From IMG/VR virus record IMGVR_UViG_3300025892_002699: a stretch of 64,000 nucleotides of DNA, one strand, 5' to 3'. How positions within the stretch are numbered: the first letter of the stretch is position 1; every line of letters starts with the position of its first letter. The notes beneath the pieces were generated by a model. The model made no database searches and was not told the DNA's origin. It was given only the letters and a program-made list of their open reading frames with translations. Shown here in pieces: positions 50,991-60,825 of the stretch. Source of the DNA: a virus. The position numbers and the translations under genes were made by a program.

Positions 50991-51426
50991 TCAGTAACCC
51001 ATTATTCTCGTCAAATGTCAGTCTCAATTTCTCAGATACATTATATTTGAGGTATTGCAGTTCAACTTCTATTTGTAACCCTGACTCAAACGGTGTTATT
51101 ATCACAGTGTCTGCTTTTATTCTGGGATCACTGTCAATTATTTTGATCACATCATCTTTAATTGCATCTTCTAGATCAGGTGTCAAAGGATCGTGTATCA
51201 CGTCCCATATGATTGTGCCAAATTCAGGATTTTCAAGTTTCTCACCCTGTGATATGTGAAAATGGTTTAATAGATCCTGTTTGATTAATCCAATGTCATT
51301 TAGACTGAATGTAGTGTTGTCTGGATTCACAGTGCTTATGCCTCTGTACATTCTTTGTGTAGCAGGAGTCTTGGCTGTTTGAACAGATGTAACTGTAACC
51401 TCTTTATATAATTTTTTGTGTGCCAT
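50986..51426 (-). CDS. Baseplate wedge subunit, gp25/GPW-like
   Basis: LIKQDLLNHF..GEKLENPEFGTIIW..DPRI. Confidence 0.85.
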   Translation of the reverse strand: MAHKKLYKEVTVTSVQTAKTPATQRMYRGISTVNPDNTTFSLNDIGLIKQDLLNHFHISQGEKLENPEFGTIIWDVIHDPLTPDLEDAIKDDVIKIIDSDPRIKADTVIITPFESGLQIEVELQYLKYNVSEKLRLTFDENNGLLN

Positions 51427-51434
51427 AATGATAT

Positions 51435-51707
51435 TTAACCAGCAAATACTTTGCCACTACCAGTAGCGGTGTGACCACAAGTTGCCGCGTCTCCTTCCCT
51501 GCATATTAATATTGAATTTGCTTTTACTTTTGCACTGCTACCGCTCATAGTGGCATCACAGTGTGGAGGTATCGGACAAGGTGCATGTGCCTCAACTGCC
51601 GCTCCAACAACAACAATTGGTACTCCTTCCACAATAACTTTTGGTGCTAAATTACCAACTATTGTGCCTACTGCTGTGTCTACTGTTACTCTACTAACTC
51701 CTGGCAT
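51435..51707 (-). CDS. PAAR-like spike tip protein (gp5.4-like)
   Basis: 90 aa; H.PC..PPH...REGDAATCGH..TGS.KVFAG; directly after the spike gene. Confidence 0.85.
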   Translation of the reverse strand: MPGVSRVTVDTAVGTIVGNLAPKVIVEGVPIVVVGAAVEAHAPCPIPPHCDATMSGSSAKVKANSILICREGDAATCGHTATGSGKVFAG

Positions 51708-53191
51708 TATGTCCTCGCATTTTTAAATGTGTCTGGAATATTGATCGGTTCTGCAACCACAATATTCTCTTGTTCGCTTCTGTCTGTTTTAGCCAATGCA
51801 ACTGCCATCGGATCAAAATTTTCATGATGGCTCCATGGCTCATGTTGTGGTACACGTTTCATGATGCTGTCATTTGCTTCGCCTGGAAGGCTCCAAGCCG
51901 CTAACGGCGGTACCGGTGTTGCGACAGCAATGCCACTGGCTAGATTTAATAACCCACCAACGTCTAAATTGATATTGCCACCAGCATAATGATTGGTTGT
52001 GCCTCCAACTGTGATTGTTTGTGCACCGCCCACTTCCACAGTTTGTGCTCCAGTGGTCAACAAGTTGTGTGTTGTGGATTCTTGATTCACTGTGGCACTT
52101 TTTAAATTGATGTCTCTACCTGCTTCTAGATTGAAATCTCTATCTGTTTTAAAGTTGAAATCTCCTTTGCTGTGTATACTCACAGAATCTTGTGCATAAA
52201 AATCTATTTTTCCATTGGCAGTCATTTCAATCCATGCTGTGCCGTTGGCATTGGCAATGTACACCAAGTCTTCTGAATTGTGCAACAACAACTGATGTCC
52301 TGTACGTGTTCTTATTCTAAACAGTTCATTGTGAGGAGTATTTTTATCGCCTTCAATCACACCCTCACTGGTTTCAACATCCACATATTCCATTGGACCA
52401 TCTTTGGCTTTTGTTTTTCTAATAAATTTGTCATCACCATCATCCATCACAAATGATGTACCGCCTGTACGTGCAGTTGCTATGGGTTGATTTTGTGTGA
52501 ACACTTTGTCTATGGGTCCTGGTGTGTTTATGCCAAACACTGAAGAAGGCACTTCACGTCTTGCACTGGAAGTGGTTAGACCTCTGATTTCATCTGTTAT
52601 CAAACCTTGATTGTCCAACACTGCTTTGAACAGTCTGTTGATTGGTTTTTTGATCTGTAAAGGTTTGTCCGCAGGTTTATCTGCAAATTTTAATTTGTTG
52701 TGTTCGCCCACAGGCATTTTTTTGCCTCTGATGTCTGCATCTGCAGGATCTTCTTGATGTTCGGAATCTGTTGTGTCTGTGTTTGTCATGGCAGGCGTTG
52801 ATCCTGGAATCATCACATTCATTAATTCTTGTGGAATACAACCAATCCAGTATGCTCTGTTGATGTTGCCTTCTATAAACATCACCATCACTGTGTTGCC
52901 CACATCAGGTGGCACAAACCACATGCCGTAACTCTGTTGACTGTCTCTGGCGTCTTTGTTTTTGTTCAATCCTGCCACGTTGGTTGTGCCGTAGAACGGA
53001 CTGAGATATTTTGCTGTGATGAATTGTCCTGTGGTAGTGGCATTGCCTGAATCCAATGTTTTAACCAATTCAACTTCGATTGCACCACTGTATTTGGGAT
53101 CCAACACATTTCTCACAATGGCTTCAAAAGGTCCTTGATTTGATTTAGGATCTATTGAGTGTGATTTTCGTGTGTTTAAATTTTTTGCCAT
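51707..53191 (-). CDS. Baseplate central spike (gp5/VgrG-like OB-fold plus beta-helix, no lysozyme domain seen)
   Basis: DPKYSG.I.V, YGMWFVPPDVGNTVMVMF.EG...YWIGC, RTRTGHQLLL, beta-helix repeats, RVPQHEPW. Confidence 0.8.
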   Translation of the reverse strand: MAKNLNTRKSHSIDPKSNQGPFEAIVRNVLDPKYSGAIEVELVKTLDSGNATTTGQFITAKYLSPFYGTTNVAGLNKNKDARDSQQSYGMWFVPPDVGNTVMVMFIEGNINRAYWIGCIPQELMNVMIPGSTPAMTNTDTTDSEHQEDPADADIRGKKMPVGEHNKLKFADKPADKPLQIKKPINRLFKAVLDNQGLITDEIRGLTTSSARREVPSSVFGINTPGPIDKVFTQNQPIATARTGGTSFVMDDGDDKFIRKTKAKDGPMEYVDVETSEGVIEGDKNTPHNELFRIRTRTGHQLLLHNSEDLVYIANANGTAWIEMTANGKIDFYAQDSVSIHSKGDFNFKTDRDFNLEAGRDINLKSATVNQESTTHNLLTTGAQTVEVGGAQTITVGGTTNHYAGGNINLDVGGLLNLASGIAVATPVPPLAAWSLPGEANDSIMKRVPQHEPWSHHENFDPMAVALAKTDRSEQENIVVAEPINIPDTFKNART

Positions 53192-55623
53192 TAGTCTTTA
53201 CTGTTCTTTTTTTGAACTTTTTTCTTGTTGCCAGAACCTTCCGTAGCATTCAATGTCATGTTGGACTGTCTGTTTATTCTCAATGTTTGCTCAAACTTAC
53301 CTTGTTGGAAACTGCTCACGATTGTTTGAACTTGATATACGCCGCTGAATTCACCCAATCTAATTGTTTCTCCTGCTCCATTTTCGTATGCTCCACCTTG
53401 AGGGAAAATTAAATTATCACCACCTGGTTGATAATCAATTGGTGTTTGAAAATTCATTTCTATAAAACAATAAGTGTCTTGATAATTTATTTCTCCTCTG
53501 CCGTTACCATTATTTTTTTGAGTGGCAGAAGTTGTGGCATATGGTCTAGGATCCACAAAAAATCTTGTGGGTTCATCTGAATTCATCATTGCACTTGCTG
53601 GTAGGAAATAAGGATCACCGATTATTGTTAAATCCATTAGAATCAAATCCGATATTCCACCATTGATGATTCTATCATTCATGGCTCTAGCAACTTTTAA
53701 TTCTACACTTTCATTTTCTGTTCCGTCACCCGTTTGAGTGGCTTGAGGTTTTATTGCTCTAGCACTTATCGAGCCTGCTTTATCTTCCTTGGAATCTACT
53801 ATATCAAATACAACACTAGGTGTAGCAGTAGCATTCTTTTCGATGCTCTTATTACCTCCTGCAGATGAAGATGACGAACTTTTATAAAGATTTTTAGGCA
53901 GTTCATTGTAAAAACCAAAATTGTAAGTTAGATCAAAATCTAATACATCTTTGTTCAGTCCAGTGTACAAATAATTGTATCCTTTTACAATGTTTTGTCT
54001 AACTACCGAATAACCTGATGGCAAAGAAGTATCATCATCAAATATAGTGTCAGGCACTTGATAAGGCACTATGCTGAAAACATTTAATCTAGGATGAACA
54101 TTTACTTGCTTTTTGAAAAATTGATCCTGCAGTTGAAAACATTTGGTTCTGACTCTGAACCAAGGATGTTTACCTGGCTGTTTGTTTTTCATTTCGTCCG
54201 GATTTTTTGTTAAATTCTTAGCATATTCACTCAACAGTATCACCGTTTCAATTATGTCTGAAACCCGAGTACCTTTTTTAAAACTCAGAGTCATCTGTTT
54301 CAAATCTAAAGTGATACCATCTCTAGTAAAAGTTTTTTTGCGTTTGTCGTATTTTTCTTCAAAATTAGGAAATCTTTTACCAATAATAGCCATGTTGTTT
54401 TCATTGATAGCCATCTTTGATGCTCCAATCTCGTTGCCTAAAAAAGTTGCGTTTGGTCCTTCACCATCAGTTTGAAACACTCTTACTCCTTGTCCACTTG
54501 TACCAGTGAATTCATTGGTCACTCGCACATCTTTTCCCAGCAGTGTTTCCACAACTATGTCTCTTTTTTCAGTGTTAAAGTAGTAATCACCCTGTTCACC
54601 TGTAGACCATCTGTCAGCAACTATGGCCCTATCTTTCAAAGTTAATTTTCTCTGTTCTTCTGTGTATTCAATTTGTGAGTTCTTAGGAAAATATATTACA
54701 TAATCATCCTGTGCCACTGTGGCAAGTTTTTCTTTTTTCTTGGCTTTTTTGTCTAAGTCTTCGCCTTTAAAATTTAATTGTCCCATCAAACTGTCATCGC
54801 CCACCTGCATCATTTCATAAACAGTTTTACCTGCCAGTGTGATGTCAGTGTCTATTACGTTATTAATATCCTGTACTGGAGTTTGTGTCCAAGGTGAGGC
54901 TTCACAATCATACACAGCACCTGCCTGGCTGGCTCTTATAGCCGCTTTTGTCATTTGAATAGGCATAACTTTTCGTAGATTGTTATTTCTAAAAATTTTA
55001 CCGGTTGCATCTACACCAACAAAATCCACTATCAAGGCATACGGTGCTTGTAAATATTGAGCATTGCCATCGTCTGATGCTTTGGCGGCTTGTATCGCCA
55101 TAGTCTGTAAAAATAAACCAATACTGTAAGGTTCTGTCACAGTAAAGCGAATTTTATCTTTTTGTGTGAATTTTGTTTTTGGACTAGGTGACACCTGAGA
55201 TTCTACTTCAACATTATCTATAAAGTATTCAAGATTGACTCCTGCTTGTTTGTAGAAAGTAACTTCTTCTATTTTGCCTTTACCAGTGGAATGTGCAATA
55301 GGATGCAGAGGCATTCTGTTATAAAGTAAGTTGGGAAAGTTTACTTCTTCCACTGTAAGTGCCGCCAGTGTGAATACAGCATTGTAGGATTCATAGTCAT
55401 GCAGAGGATTATCTATAAAGTCTCTTACATATTGTTTTACTATGACTTTGGGTTTTTCATCTTTTTTCCCATCAATGTTGCCACCTGTTGCTTCAACCAC
55501 AGCCGCTCGTTTTTTTTCATCTATACTTAATGTTGCACTATCTATTTTTGTGCCGACACCTTCTTCAACTGTAATTTTTGCGTTATCAGTGGTTACATTT
55601 AACCCATCTAGATAATCAGACAT
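53191..55623 (-). CDS. Baseplate hub protein (gp27-like)
   Basis: Lies between LysM/gp53 and the spike; C-term LTIIGDPYFL...SGVYQV.TI.SSF.QGKFEQTL. Confidence 0.6.
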   Translation of the reverse strand: MSDYLDGLNVTTDNAKITVEEGVGTKIDSATLSIDEKKRAAVVEATGGNIDGKKDEKPKVIVKQYVRDFIDNPLHDYESYNAVFTLAALTVEEVNFPNLLYNRMPLHPIAHSTGKGKIEEVTFYKQAGVNLEYFIDNVEVESQVSPSPKTKFTQKDKIRFTVTEPYSIGLFLQTMAIQAAKASDDGNAQYLQAPYALIVDFVGVDATGKIFRNNNLRKVMPIQMTKAAIRASQAGAVYDCEASPWTQTPVQDINNVIDTDITLAGKTVYEMMQVGDDSLMGQLNFKGEDLDKKAKKKEKLATVAQDDYVIYFPKNSQIEYTEEQRKLTLKDRAIVADRWSTGEQGDYYFNTEKRDIVVETLLGKDVRVTNEFTGTSGQGVRVFQTDGEGPNATFLGNEIGASKMAINENNMAIIGKRFPNFEEKYDKRKKTFTRDGITLDLKQMTLSFKKGTRVSDIIETVILLSEYAKNLTKNPDEMKNKQPGKHPWFRVRTKCFQLQDQFFKKQVNVHPRLNVFSIVPYQVPDTIFDDDTSLPSGYSVVRQNIVKGYNYLYTGLNKDVLDFDLTYNFGFYNELPKNLYKSSSSSSAGGNKSIEKNATATPSVVFDIVDSKEDKAGSISARAIKPQATQTGDGTENESVELKVARAMNDRIINGGISDLILMDLTIIGDPYFLPASAMMNSDEPTRFFVDPRPYATTSATQKNNGNGRGEINYQDTYCFIEMNFQTPIDYQPGGDNLIFPQGGAYENGAGETIRLGEFSGVYQVQTIVSSFQQGKFEQTLRINRQSNMTLNATEGSGNKKKVQKKNSKD

Positions 55624-55624
55624 T

Positions 55625-55927
55625 CTAAACTCCCAGTGCGTCTTTAAGAGCAGGTCCTTGTGGAATATAAATTTCTAAGCCAGGAATAAGATCGTAAACT
55701 GGATCAGAAATTTTGTCCATGTTGCGTTGAGCAAACACCCACCATAGTTTTTCGTTGCCGTAAAGATCATAAGCCAACAAGTCTGGTCTATGATTGTACT
55801 GTGATTCTATTGTGTACAACACATCATCTGTTTGTGCTGGAATAGGACGTATAGTTAATGTATCAAGATATTGATTATCAATTATCCTTGTAGATGCATA
55901 CGGACTTGAATTATTAAAAAATCCCAT
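55625..55927 (-). CDS. Baseplate LysM/gp53-like protein
   Basis: YNHRPDLLAYDLYG..KLWWVFAQRN...IYIP. Confidence 0.8.
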   Translation of the reverse strand: MGFFNNSSPYASTRIIDNQYLDTLTIRPIPAQTDDVLYTIESQYNHRPDLLAYDLYGNEKLWWVFAQRNMDKISDPVYDLIPGLEIYIPQGPALKDALGV

Positions 55928-56853
55928 TAAATAAATCCTGATCCTTTTGTGCCACCATTTTTCACAAAATCAGCAAGATCAAATTGTGCTTGTCTTGTTC
56001 TGCTGTATTGTGGTACAATACCCACAGTGATCAAACTTTCTGTTGGTGCCCAAGCATATGTTCCAGTTTTTGAAATATCTCCATCCGCAGAAACTGATTC
56101 TTCACCAGTTGCACTTAATTGTGTACTGATGTAATCAACGTCTTCTTTCAAATCAAATTGAAAGTTTGTGATCAATACAGGTACATCTTTGAAAGTGAAA
56201 TCTCCGTATCCGTTTAAACGCACCACTGGAGGTGGAGCGCCTTTGTTTGGTGATAGTCCATAACTCATTTTTGTCATCGATCTCAAGTAATGCACAGCCG
56301 CTACCCAGTATTGTGCTTCTTGTTGATTCTGCACATAAAAGTGAGCAGTGATTGTCATTTGATCCACACGTGAATTTTCATAAGCATAAAACGGATAGTT
56401 GGTGTGTACCGGTTGCATTGGATTCCAATTGGCTGAATGTGATGCTAAAATTGTAGGAGTGTAAGGAAAAACTAATTTGTTGCCAGTTCTTTTCAAAGGA
56501 TCCAACAATGTCTTTTCGCCACCTATAATTTCTTTAATCTGTTGCGGCATTGACAAACTGACACGCCAATCTTGGTCGCCTGATGCTGTACCACCATTTG
56601 TTTTCATTGTGATAGCAGGTGCAGATTTATCAAATTTAAATACACCGTTAGTAATTTTTTTCAAATCACCTTTAAGTCGTTTGGCTCTTCCAAAAGCAAA
56701 ACTGGAAACTGTTTCCATTGTTTTACCCAATGTGTCGAGTTGTGTGTTTAAGAAACCGGCTCCATTTTGGGCTATATCAGTACCTATTGTTTTGAAGTCT
56801 GTAGCCTTGTCTTGAACCAATTGTGTCGCGTTTTTTAAAAAATTGTCTTCCAT
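55927..56853 (-). CDS. Tail tube initiator / baseplate tube-like protein (gp48/gp54-like)
   Basis: LVFPYTP.I, HTNYP, YLRSMTKM.YG...GAPPPVVRLNGYG...VPV.I; start ATG 56853. Confidence 0.6.
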   Translation of the reverse strand: MEDNFLKNATQLVQDKATDFKTIGTDIAQNGAGFLNTQLDTLGKTMETVSSFAFGRAKRLKGDLKKITNGVFKFDKSAPAITMKTNGGTASGDQDWRVSLSMPQQIKEIIGGEKTLLDPLKRTGNKLVFPYTPTILASHSANWNPMQPVHTNYPFYAYENSRVDQMTITAHFYVQNQQEAQYWVAAVHYLRSMTKMSYGLSPNKGAPPPVVRLNGYGDFTFKDVPVLITNFQFDLKEDVDYISTQLSATGEESVSADGDISKTGTYAWAPTESLITVGIVPQYSRTRQAQFDLADFVKNGGTKGSGFI

Positions 56854-56858
56854 ACATT

Positions 56859-56864
56859 TATTTA
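56859..56864 (-). promoter_or_regulatory. Late promoter TAAATA driving the baseplate/tail operon
   Basis: AATAAATA 5 nt before ATG 56853. Confidence 0.6.
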
Positions 56865-56893
56865 TTGACAAAATTAACTGAGTAGTTTATAAT
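56865..56893 (+). promoter_or_regulatory. Consensus sigma70 promoter TTGACA-N17-TATAAT for the late sigma gene, containing the 18-bp motif (56873-56890)
   Basis: TTGACA 56865-56870, TATAAT 56888-56893; AAGGA RBS before ATG 56920. Confidence 0.85.
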
Positions 56894-56919
56894 GAAGAGA
56901 TATATAACAAGGAATAACA

Positions 56920-57765
56920 ATGAAAAAAGTCAATTACTTAAACAACAGAGACCTTTTGTCAGAAATTCATAAGTCTAAGACTTCGTTTTGCAGTTTTTTA
57001 GATGATGAGTACAGTGAATACCATTTAATTGTGAAAGATGTAGACGCAATAAACATCAGAACTGTGGCACAAGCCAAAAGATACAAAGCAAAAAAATTAA
57101 CACAGCAAGACTATGAAAGACGCAAGAAACTGGATCCAAAAACCAAATTGAGCGAGTGTGAAATAGATTATAGGAAAATAGACAAAGATGATGTGGTTTT
57201 CAGAGTGATGACTTTTGATCATGTGCCTGATGAACCTGGCAGAAAAAAGAATCCAAAAACAATAGCAGATGGCAAAACCAAAGTGAACTTTCCACCATTC
57301 CAACATTGGAAGTATGATAAAAAAGGAAATCTTATATGCGTGGGCAAAAGTCATTGGGAAGGCGGATTAGAAAACGGCAAATTCAACAAAGAATCTGGCA
57401 GAGCCACCAATGAGTTGGCAAGGATGTGGATGAAATTGTGTGAACGTTATGGAACAAGAGGTAACGTGAGAGGTTACACCTACAATGACGAAATGCAAGG
57501 ACAAGCCATATTGCAATTGGCACAGATTGGTTTACAGTTTGATGAATCTAAATCAAACAATCCATTTGCATATTACACAGCGGCAGTTACTAATTCGTTT
57601 GTAAGAATTATCAATATTGAAAAACGTAATCAAAATATTAGAGATGATATTCTGGAACTTAACAATATGATGCCTAGTATGTCGCGTCAGACTCAAGGCG
57701 ATTCAGGTGCACCAAAGACTGCAAACAAATCGGCTCCCAAACCCAAAGCCGCCAAAAAAAAGTAG
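56920..57765 (+). CDS. Late-transcription sigma factor (T4 gp55-like)
   Basis: NYLNNRDLL N-term; RGYTYNDEM...FDESKSNNPFAYYT..NSFVR; adjacent to gp47/gp46 as in T4-like phages. Confidence 0.8.
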   Translation: MKKVNYLNNRDLLSEIHKSKTSFCSFLDDEYSEYHLIVKDVDAINIRTVAQAKRYKAKKLTQQDYERRKKLDPKTKLSECEIDYRKIDKDDVVFRVMTFDHVPDEPGRKKNPKTIADGKTKVNFPPFQHWKYDKKGNLICVGKSHWEGGLENGKFNKESGRATNELARMWMKLCERYGTRGNVRGYTYNDEMQGQAILQLAQIGLQFDESKSNNPFAYYTAAVTNSFVRIINIEKRNQNIRDDILELNNMMPSMSRQTQGDSGAPKTANKSAPKPKAAKKK

Positions 57766-57794
57766 TTGACAAATACAACAGTTTCGTGTATTCT
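57766..57794 (+). promoter_or_regulatory. Sigma70-type promoter TTGACA-N17-TATTCT
   Basis: Upstream of AGGAG RBS and TTG start 57816. Confidence 0.65.
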
Positions 57795-57815
57795 AAAGAA
57801 AAGTAGGAGATTATT

Positions 57816-58835
57816 TTGTTCAAGAAATTAGCAGTTTTTACCGACATTCATTTCGGATTAAAATCCAATAGTAAATTACACAACGATGACTGTGAAGAAT
57901 TTGTTGATTGGTACATCGAACTAGCAAAGAAACATGGCTGTGAAACAGGATTGTTTTGTGGCGATTGGCATCACAACAGAAACAGTGTGAACATAACCAC
58001 TATGGATGCTTCTATTAGATGTTTAGAAAAATTAGGAAAAGCATTTGATAAATTTTATTTCTTTCCAGGCAATCATGACTTGTATTACAAAGACAGCAGA
58101 GACATTCAGTCAGTAGAATTTGGCAGATTTATTCCAGGCATCACCATGGTAACTGAAATTACAAAAATAGATGATACTATTTTAGTGCCTTGGTTAGTAG
58201 GCAATGAATGGAAAAAAGTTGGTGGTATGGAATGCAAATACATGTTTGGTCATTTTGAATTACCCAACTTCTTTATGAATGCAATGGTAGAAATGCCAGA
58301 CACAGGAGAATTACGTCCAAGCGATTTTAAAAAACAAGAATATGTTTTCTCTGGACATTTTCATAAAAGACAAGTAAAAAATAATATTCACTATTTAGGT
58401 AATCCTTTTCCACACAATTATGCAGATGTAGATGATGATGAACGTGGCATGATGATACTAGAACATGGCACAGAGCCTGTGTATTTCAATTGGGAAAATT
58501 GTCCCAAGTATAGAAATGTAAAATTAAGCACATTGTTGGACAAGACCAAAGAGATTATGAAAAAGAAGATGCATCTAAGAGTTACATTGGATATTGATAT
58601 CAGTTTTGAAGAAGCCAGTTATATCAAAGAAACTTTTATGAAAGAATATAATTGCAGAGAAATAACACTAATTCCAAGCAAACAAGAAGAAGAAATTAAC
58701 ACAGAACTTGATATCACAAAGTTTGAAAGTGTGGATCAAATCGTTTCTAAAGAAATTGAAACAATTGAATCGGACGCATATGATAAATCGGTGTTGCTTA
58801 GAATATTTAGAGATTTAAACAATGATACTGATTAA
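57816..58835 (+). CDS. Recombination nuclease, gp47/Mre11/SbcD-like
   Basis: Phosphoesterase motifs DIHFG, GDWHH, GNHD, GHFE, SGHFH. Confidence 0.9.
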   Translation: MFKKLAVFTDIHFGLKSNSKLHNDDCEEFVDWYIELAKKHGCETGLFCGDWHHNRNSVNITTMDASIRCLEKLGKAFDKFYFFPGNHDLYYKDSRDIQSVEFGRFIPGITMVTEITKIDDTILVPWLVGNEWKKVGGMECKYMFGHFELPNFFMNAMVEMPDTGELRPSDFKKQEYVFSGHFHKRQVKNNIHYLGNPFPHNYADVDDDERGMMILEHGTEPVYFNWENCPKYRNVKLSTLLDKTKEIMKKKMHLRVTLDIDISFEEASYIKETFMKEYNCREITLIPSKQEEEINTELDITKFESVDQIVSKEIETIESDAYDKSVLLRIFRDLNNDTD

Positions 58836-60606
58836 AACATTAACTGTTAAAAATTTTATGAGTGTGGGAAACCAAACTCAAGCAATAGATTTTCAACAAA
58901 AATTATTAACATTGGTGCTAGGTGAAAACTTGGACATGGGTGGTGATGATGCAGGTTCACGTAATGGTACAGGTAAAACTACCATTGTGAATGCACTGTG
59001 TTACGCACTGTATGGTGAAGCACTTACAAAAATACGTAAAGACAATCTTGTGAACAAAACCAACGGCAAAGCCATGTTGGTCACAATAGCATTTGAAAAA
59101 GATGGTGTGAACTACAGAGTAGAACGTGGTAGAAAACCCAATGTGATGAAATATTACATAGATGAGCAAGAACAAGAATTATCAGATGTTAGTCAAGGAG
59201 ATTCACGTAAGACACAAGAAGATTTGAACAAAATGATTGGCATGAATCCAAAAATGTTCAAACACATTGTGGCATTGAACACATACACACAACCATTCTT
59301 AAGTTTACACAACAATGAACAACAAGAAATAATTGAACAACTGTTGGGAATACAATTACTGTCTGAGAAAGCAGATATTTTAAAAACACACATCAAACGT
59401 TCAAAAGAAGATATTGCTTTAGAAACAGCACGTTTAGAAGGTTTAAAAATCAGTAATGAAAAAGTTGAAGAAACAATTCACAGTTTAAACAACAAAAGCA
59501 GTGCTTGGCAAAATCAAAACAGCACAGACATAGAAAAATTAGATAGAAATTTAAAAGAATTAGAAAGTGTAGACATCGATTCTGAATTAGAAACACATCA
59601 AAAATTAGAAGATTGGACCAAACTGAATGATGTACTAAATCAATTGCAAAAAGACAGAGCTGGTTTAGAATCCACCATTGAACAAGCAGACAAAACAGCA
59701 AAAAAATTACATGATGATTTAGAAAAACTTAATCACAAAGCCACTTGTTATGCATGTGGTCAGGACCTTCCTCAAGACAAAATTGAAGAAATGCAGAAAA
59801 CATTGGAAGAAGAATATGGAGAATCCAACAGTTATGTGATGGAGTTGGCACAACAATTGGAACAAACTGTGAAAGATATCGAAGCAGTAGGCGACATGGA
59901 TCAAAGACCAAACACATATTATGACACAATCAAAGAAGCATATGATCACAGACAATATGTAGATTCAATCAAAACAGCACTTGCAAATAAAAAAGATGAA
60001 TCTAATCCATATCTAGATCAAATAGATGAATTAAAAAATCAAGCAGTACAGGAAATAAATTGGGACACAGCAAACACATTGCAAAAATTAAAAGAACATC
60101 AAGAGTTCTTGTACAAATTATTAACAAACAAAGATTCTTTCATAAGAAAAAAGATAATTGATCAAAATTTAACCTTCTTGAACAACAGGTTAACTCACTA
60201 CTTGGATCAATTGGGTCTTCCACACTTGGTCACATTTAAAAATGATTTAAGTGTGGAGATCACTCAACTGGGACAGGAATTAGATTTTGACAATTTGAGT
60301 AGAGGTGAAAGAAACAGATTGATATTGGGTTTAAGTTTTGCATTCAGAGATGTGTGGGAAAACTTGTATCAAAATATCAACTTGTTGTTCTTGGATGAAT
60401 TGATAGATTCTGGAATGGATTCAGCAGGTGTTGAAAGCAGTTTGGCTATTCTGAAGAAAATGAGCAGAGAGTCCGGCAAAAACATATTCTTGATATCACA
60501 CAAAGATGAATTAATGGGCAGAGTGAACAATGTGCTTAAGGTTGTAAAAGAAAACGGCTTCACAGCATATGCTAATGACGTGGAAACATATGACCATACA
60601 AGATGA
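58822..60606 (+). CDS. Recombination ATPase, gp46/Rad50/SbcC-like
   Basis: KNFMS, Walker A NGTGKTT, coiled coil with CYAC zinc hook, LSRGE signature, Walker B LLFLDE, ISH. Confidence 0.92.
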   Translation: MILIKTLTVKNFMSVGNQTQAIDFQQKLLTLVLGENLDMGGDDAGSRNGTGKTTIVNALCYALYGEALTKIRKDNLVNKTNGKAMLVTIAFEKDGVNYRVERGRKPNVMKYYIDEQEQELSDVSQGDSRKTQEDLNKMIGMNPKMFKHIVALNTYTQPFLSLHNNEQQEIIEQLLGIQLLSEKADILKTHIKRSKEDIALETARLEGLKISNEKVEETIHSLNNKSSAWQNQNSTDIEKLDRNLKELESVDIDSELETHQKLEDWTKLNDVLNQLQKDRAGLESTIEQADKTAKKLHDDLEKLNHKATCYACGQDLPQDKIEEMQKTLEEEYGESNSYVMELAQQLEQTVKDIEAVGDMDQRPNTYYDTIKEAYDHRQYVDSIKTALANKKDESNPYLDQIDELKNQAVQEINWDTANTLQKLKEHQEFLYKLLTNKDSFIRKKIIDQNLTFLNNRLTHYLDQLGLPHLVTFKNDLSVEITQLGQELDFDNLSRGERNRLILGLSFAFRDVWENLYQNINLLFLDELIDSGMDSAGVESSLAILKKMSRESGKNIFLISHKDELMGRVNNVLKVVKENGFTAYANDVETYDHTR

Positions 60607-60808
60607 CACACACGACAAGCTCACTAAGGCATACATGGAGTATTTCAAGGCAAACGAGTTGTTTGCTAAAAGGCGAAGCCTTTCCACAAAAGTAGCCGCT
60701 AGAAAGGCACTAGCGGAAATTAGAATTTTGGCACGTCTAAGACGTAAAGAGATAGAAGAACAATATAAAGTGTCCAAGATCCACAAACAGCAACAGCGAA
60801 AAAAATAA
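60590..60808 (+). CDS. Small basic helical protein (weak Hc1/histone-H1-like resemblance)
   Basis: KVAARKALAEIRILARLRRKEI; ATG 60590. Confidence 0.45.
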   Translation: MTIQDDTHDKLTKAYMEYFKANELFAKRRSLSTKVAARKALAEIRILARLRRKEIEEQYKVSKIHKQQQRKK

Positions 60809-60825
60809 TCAGTAAGTATGTCCAT

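Noticed and set aside
47448-56853. Bacterial T6SS or extracellular contractile injection system (PAAR, VgrG-like, gp25)
   Set aside because: Linked gp55, gp46/47, late promoters, fibres and tape measure indicate a phage tail; no TssJLM or ClpV genes
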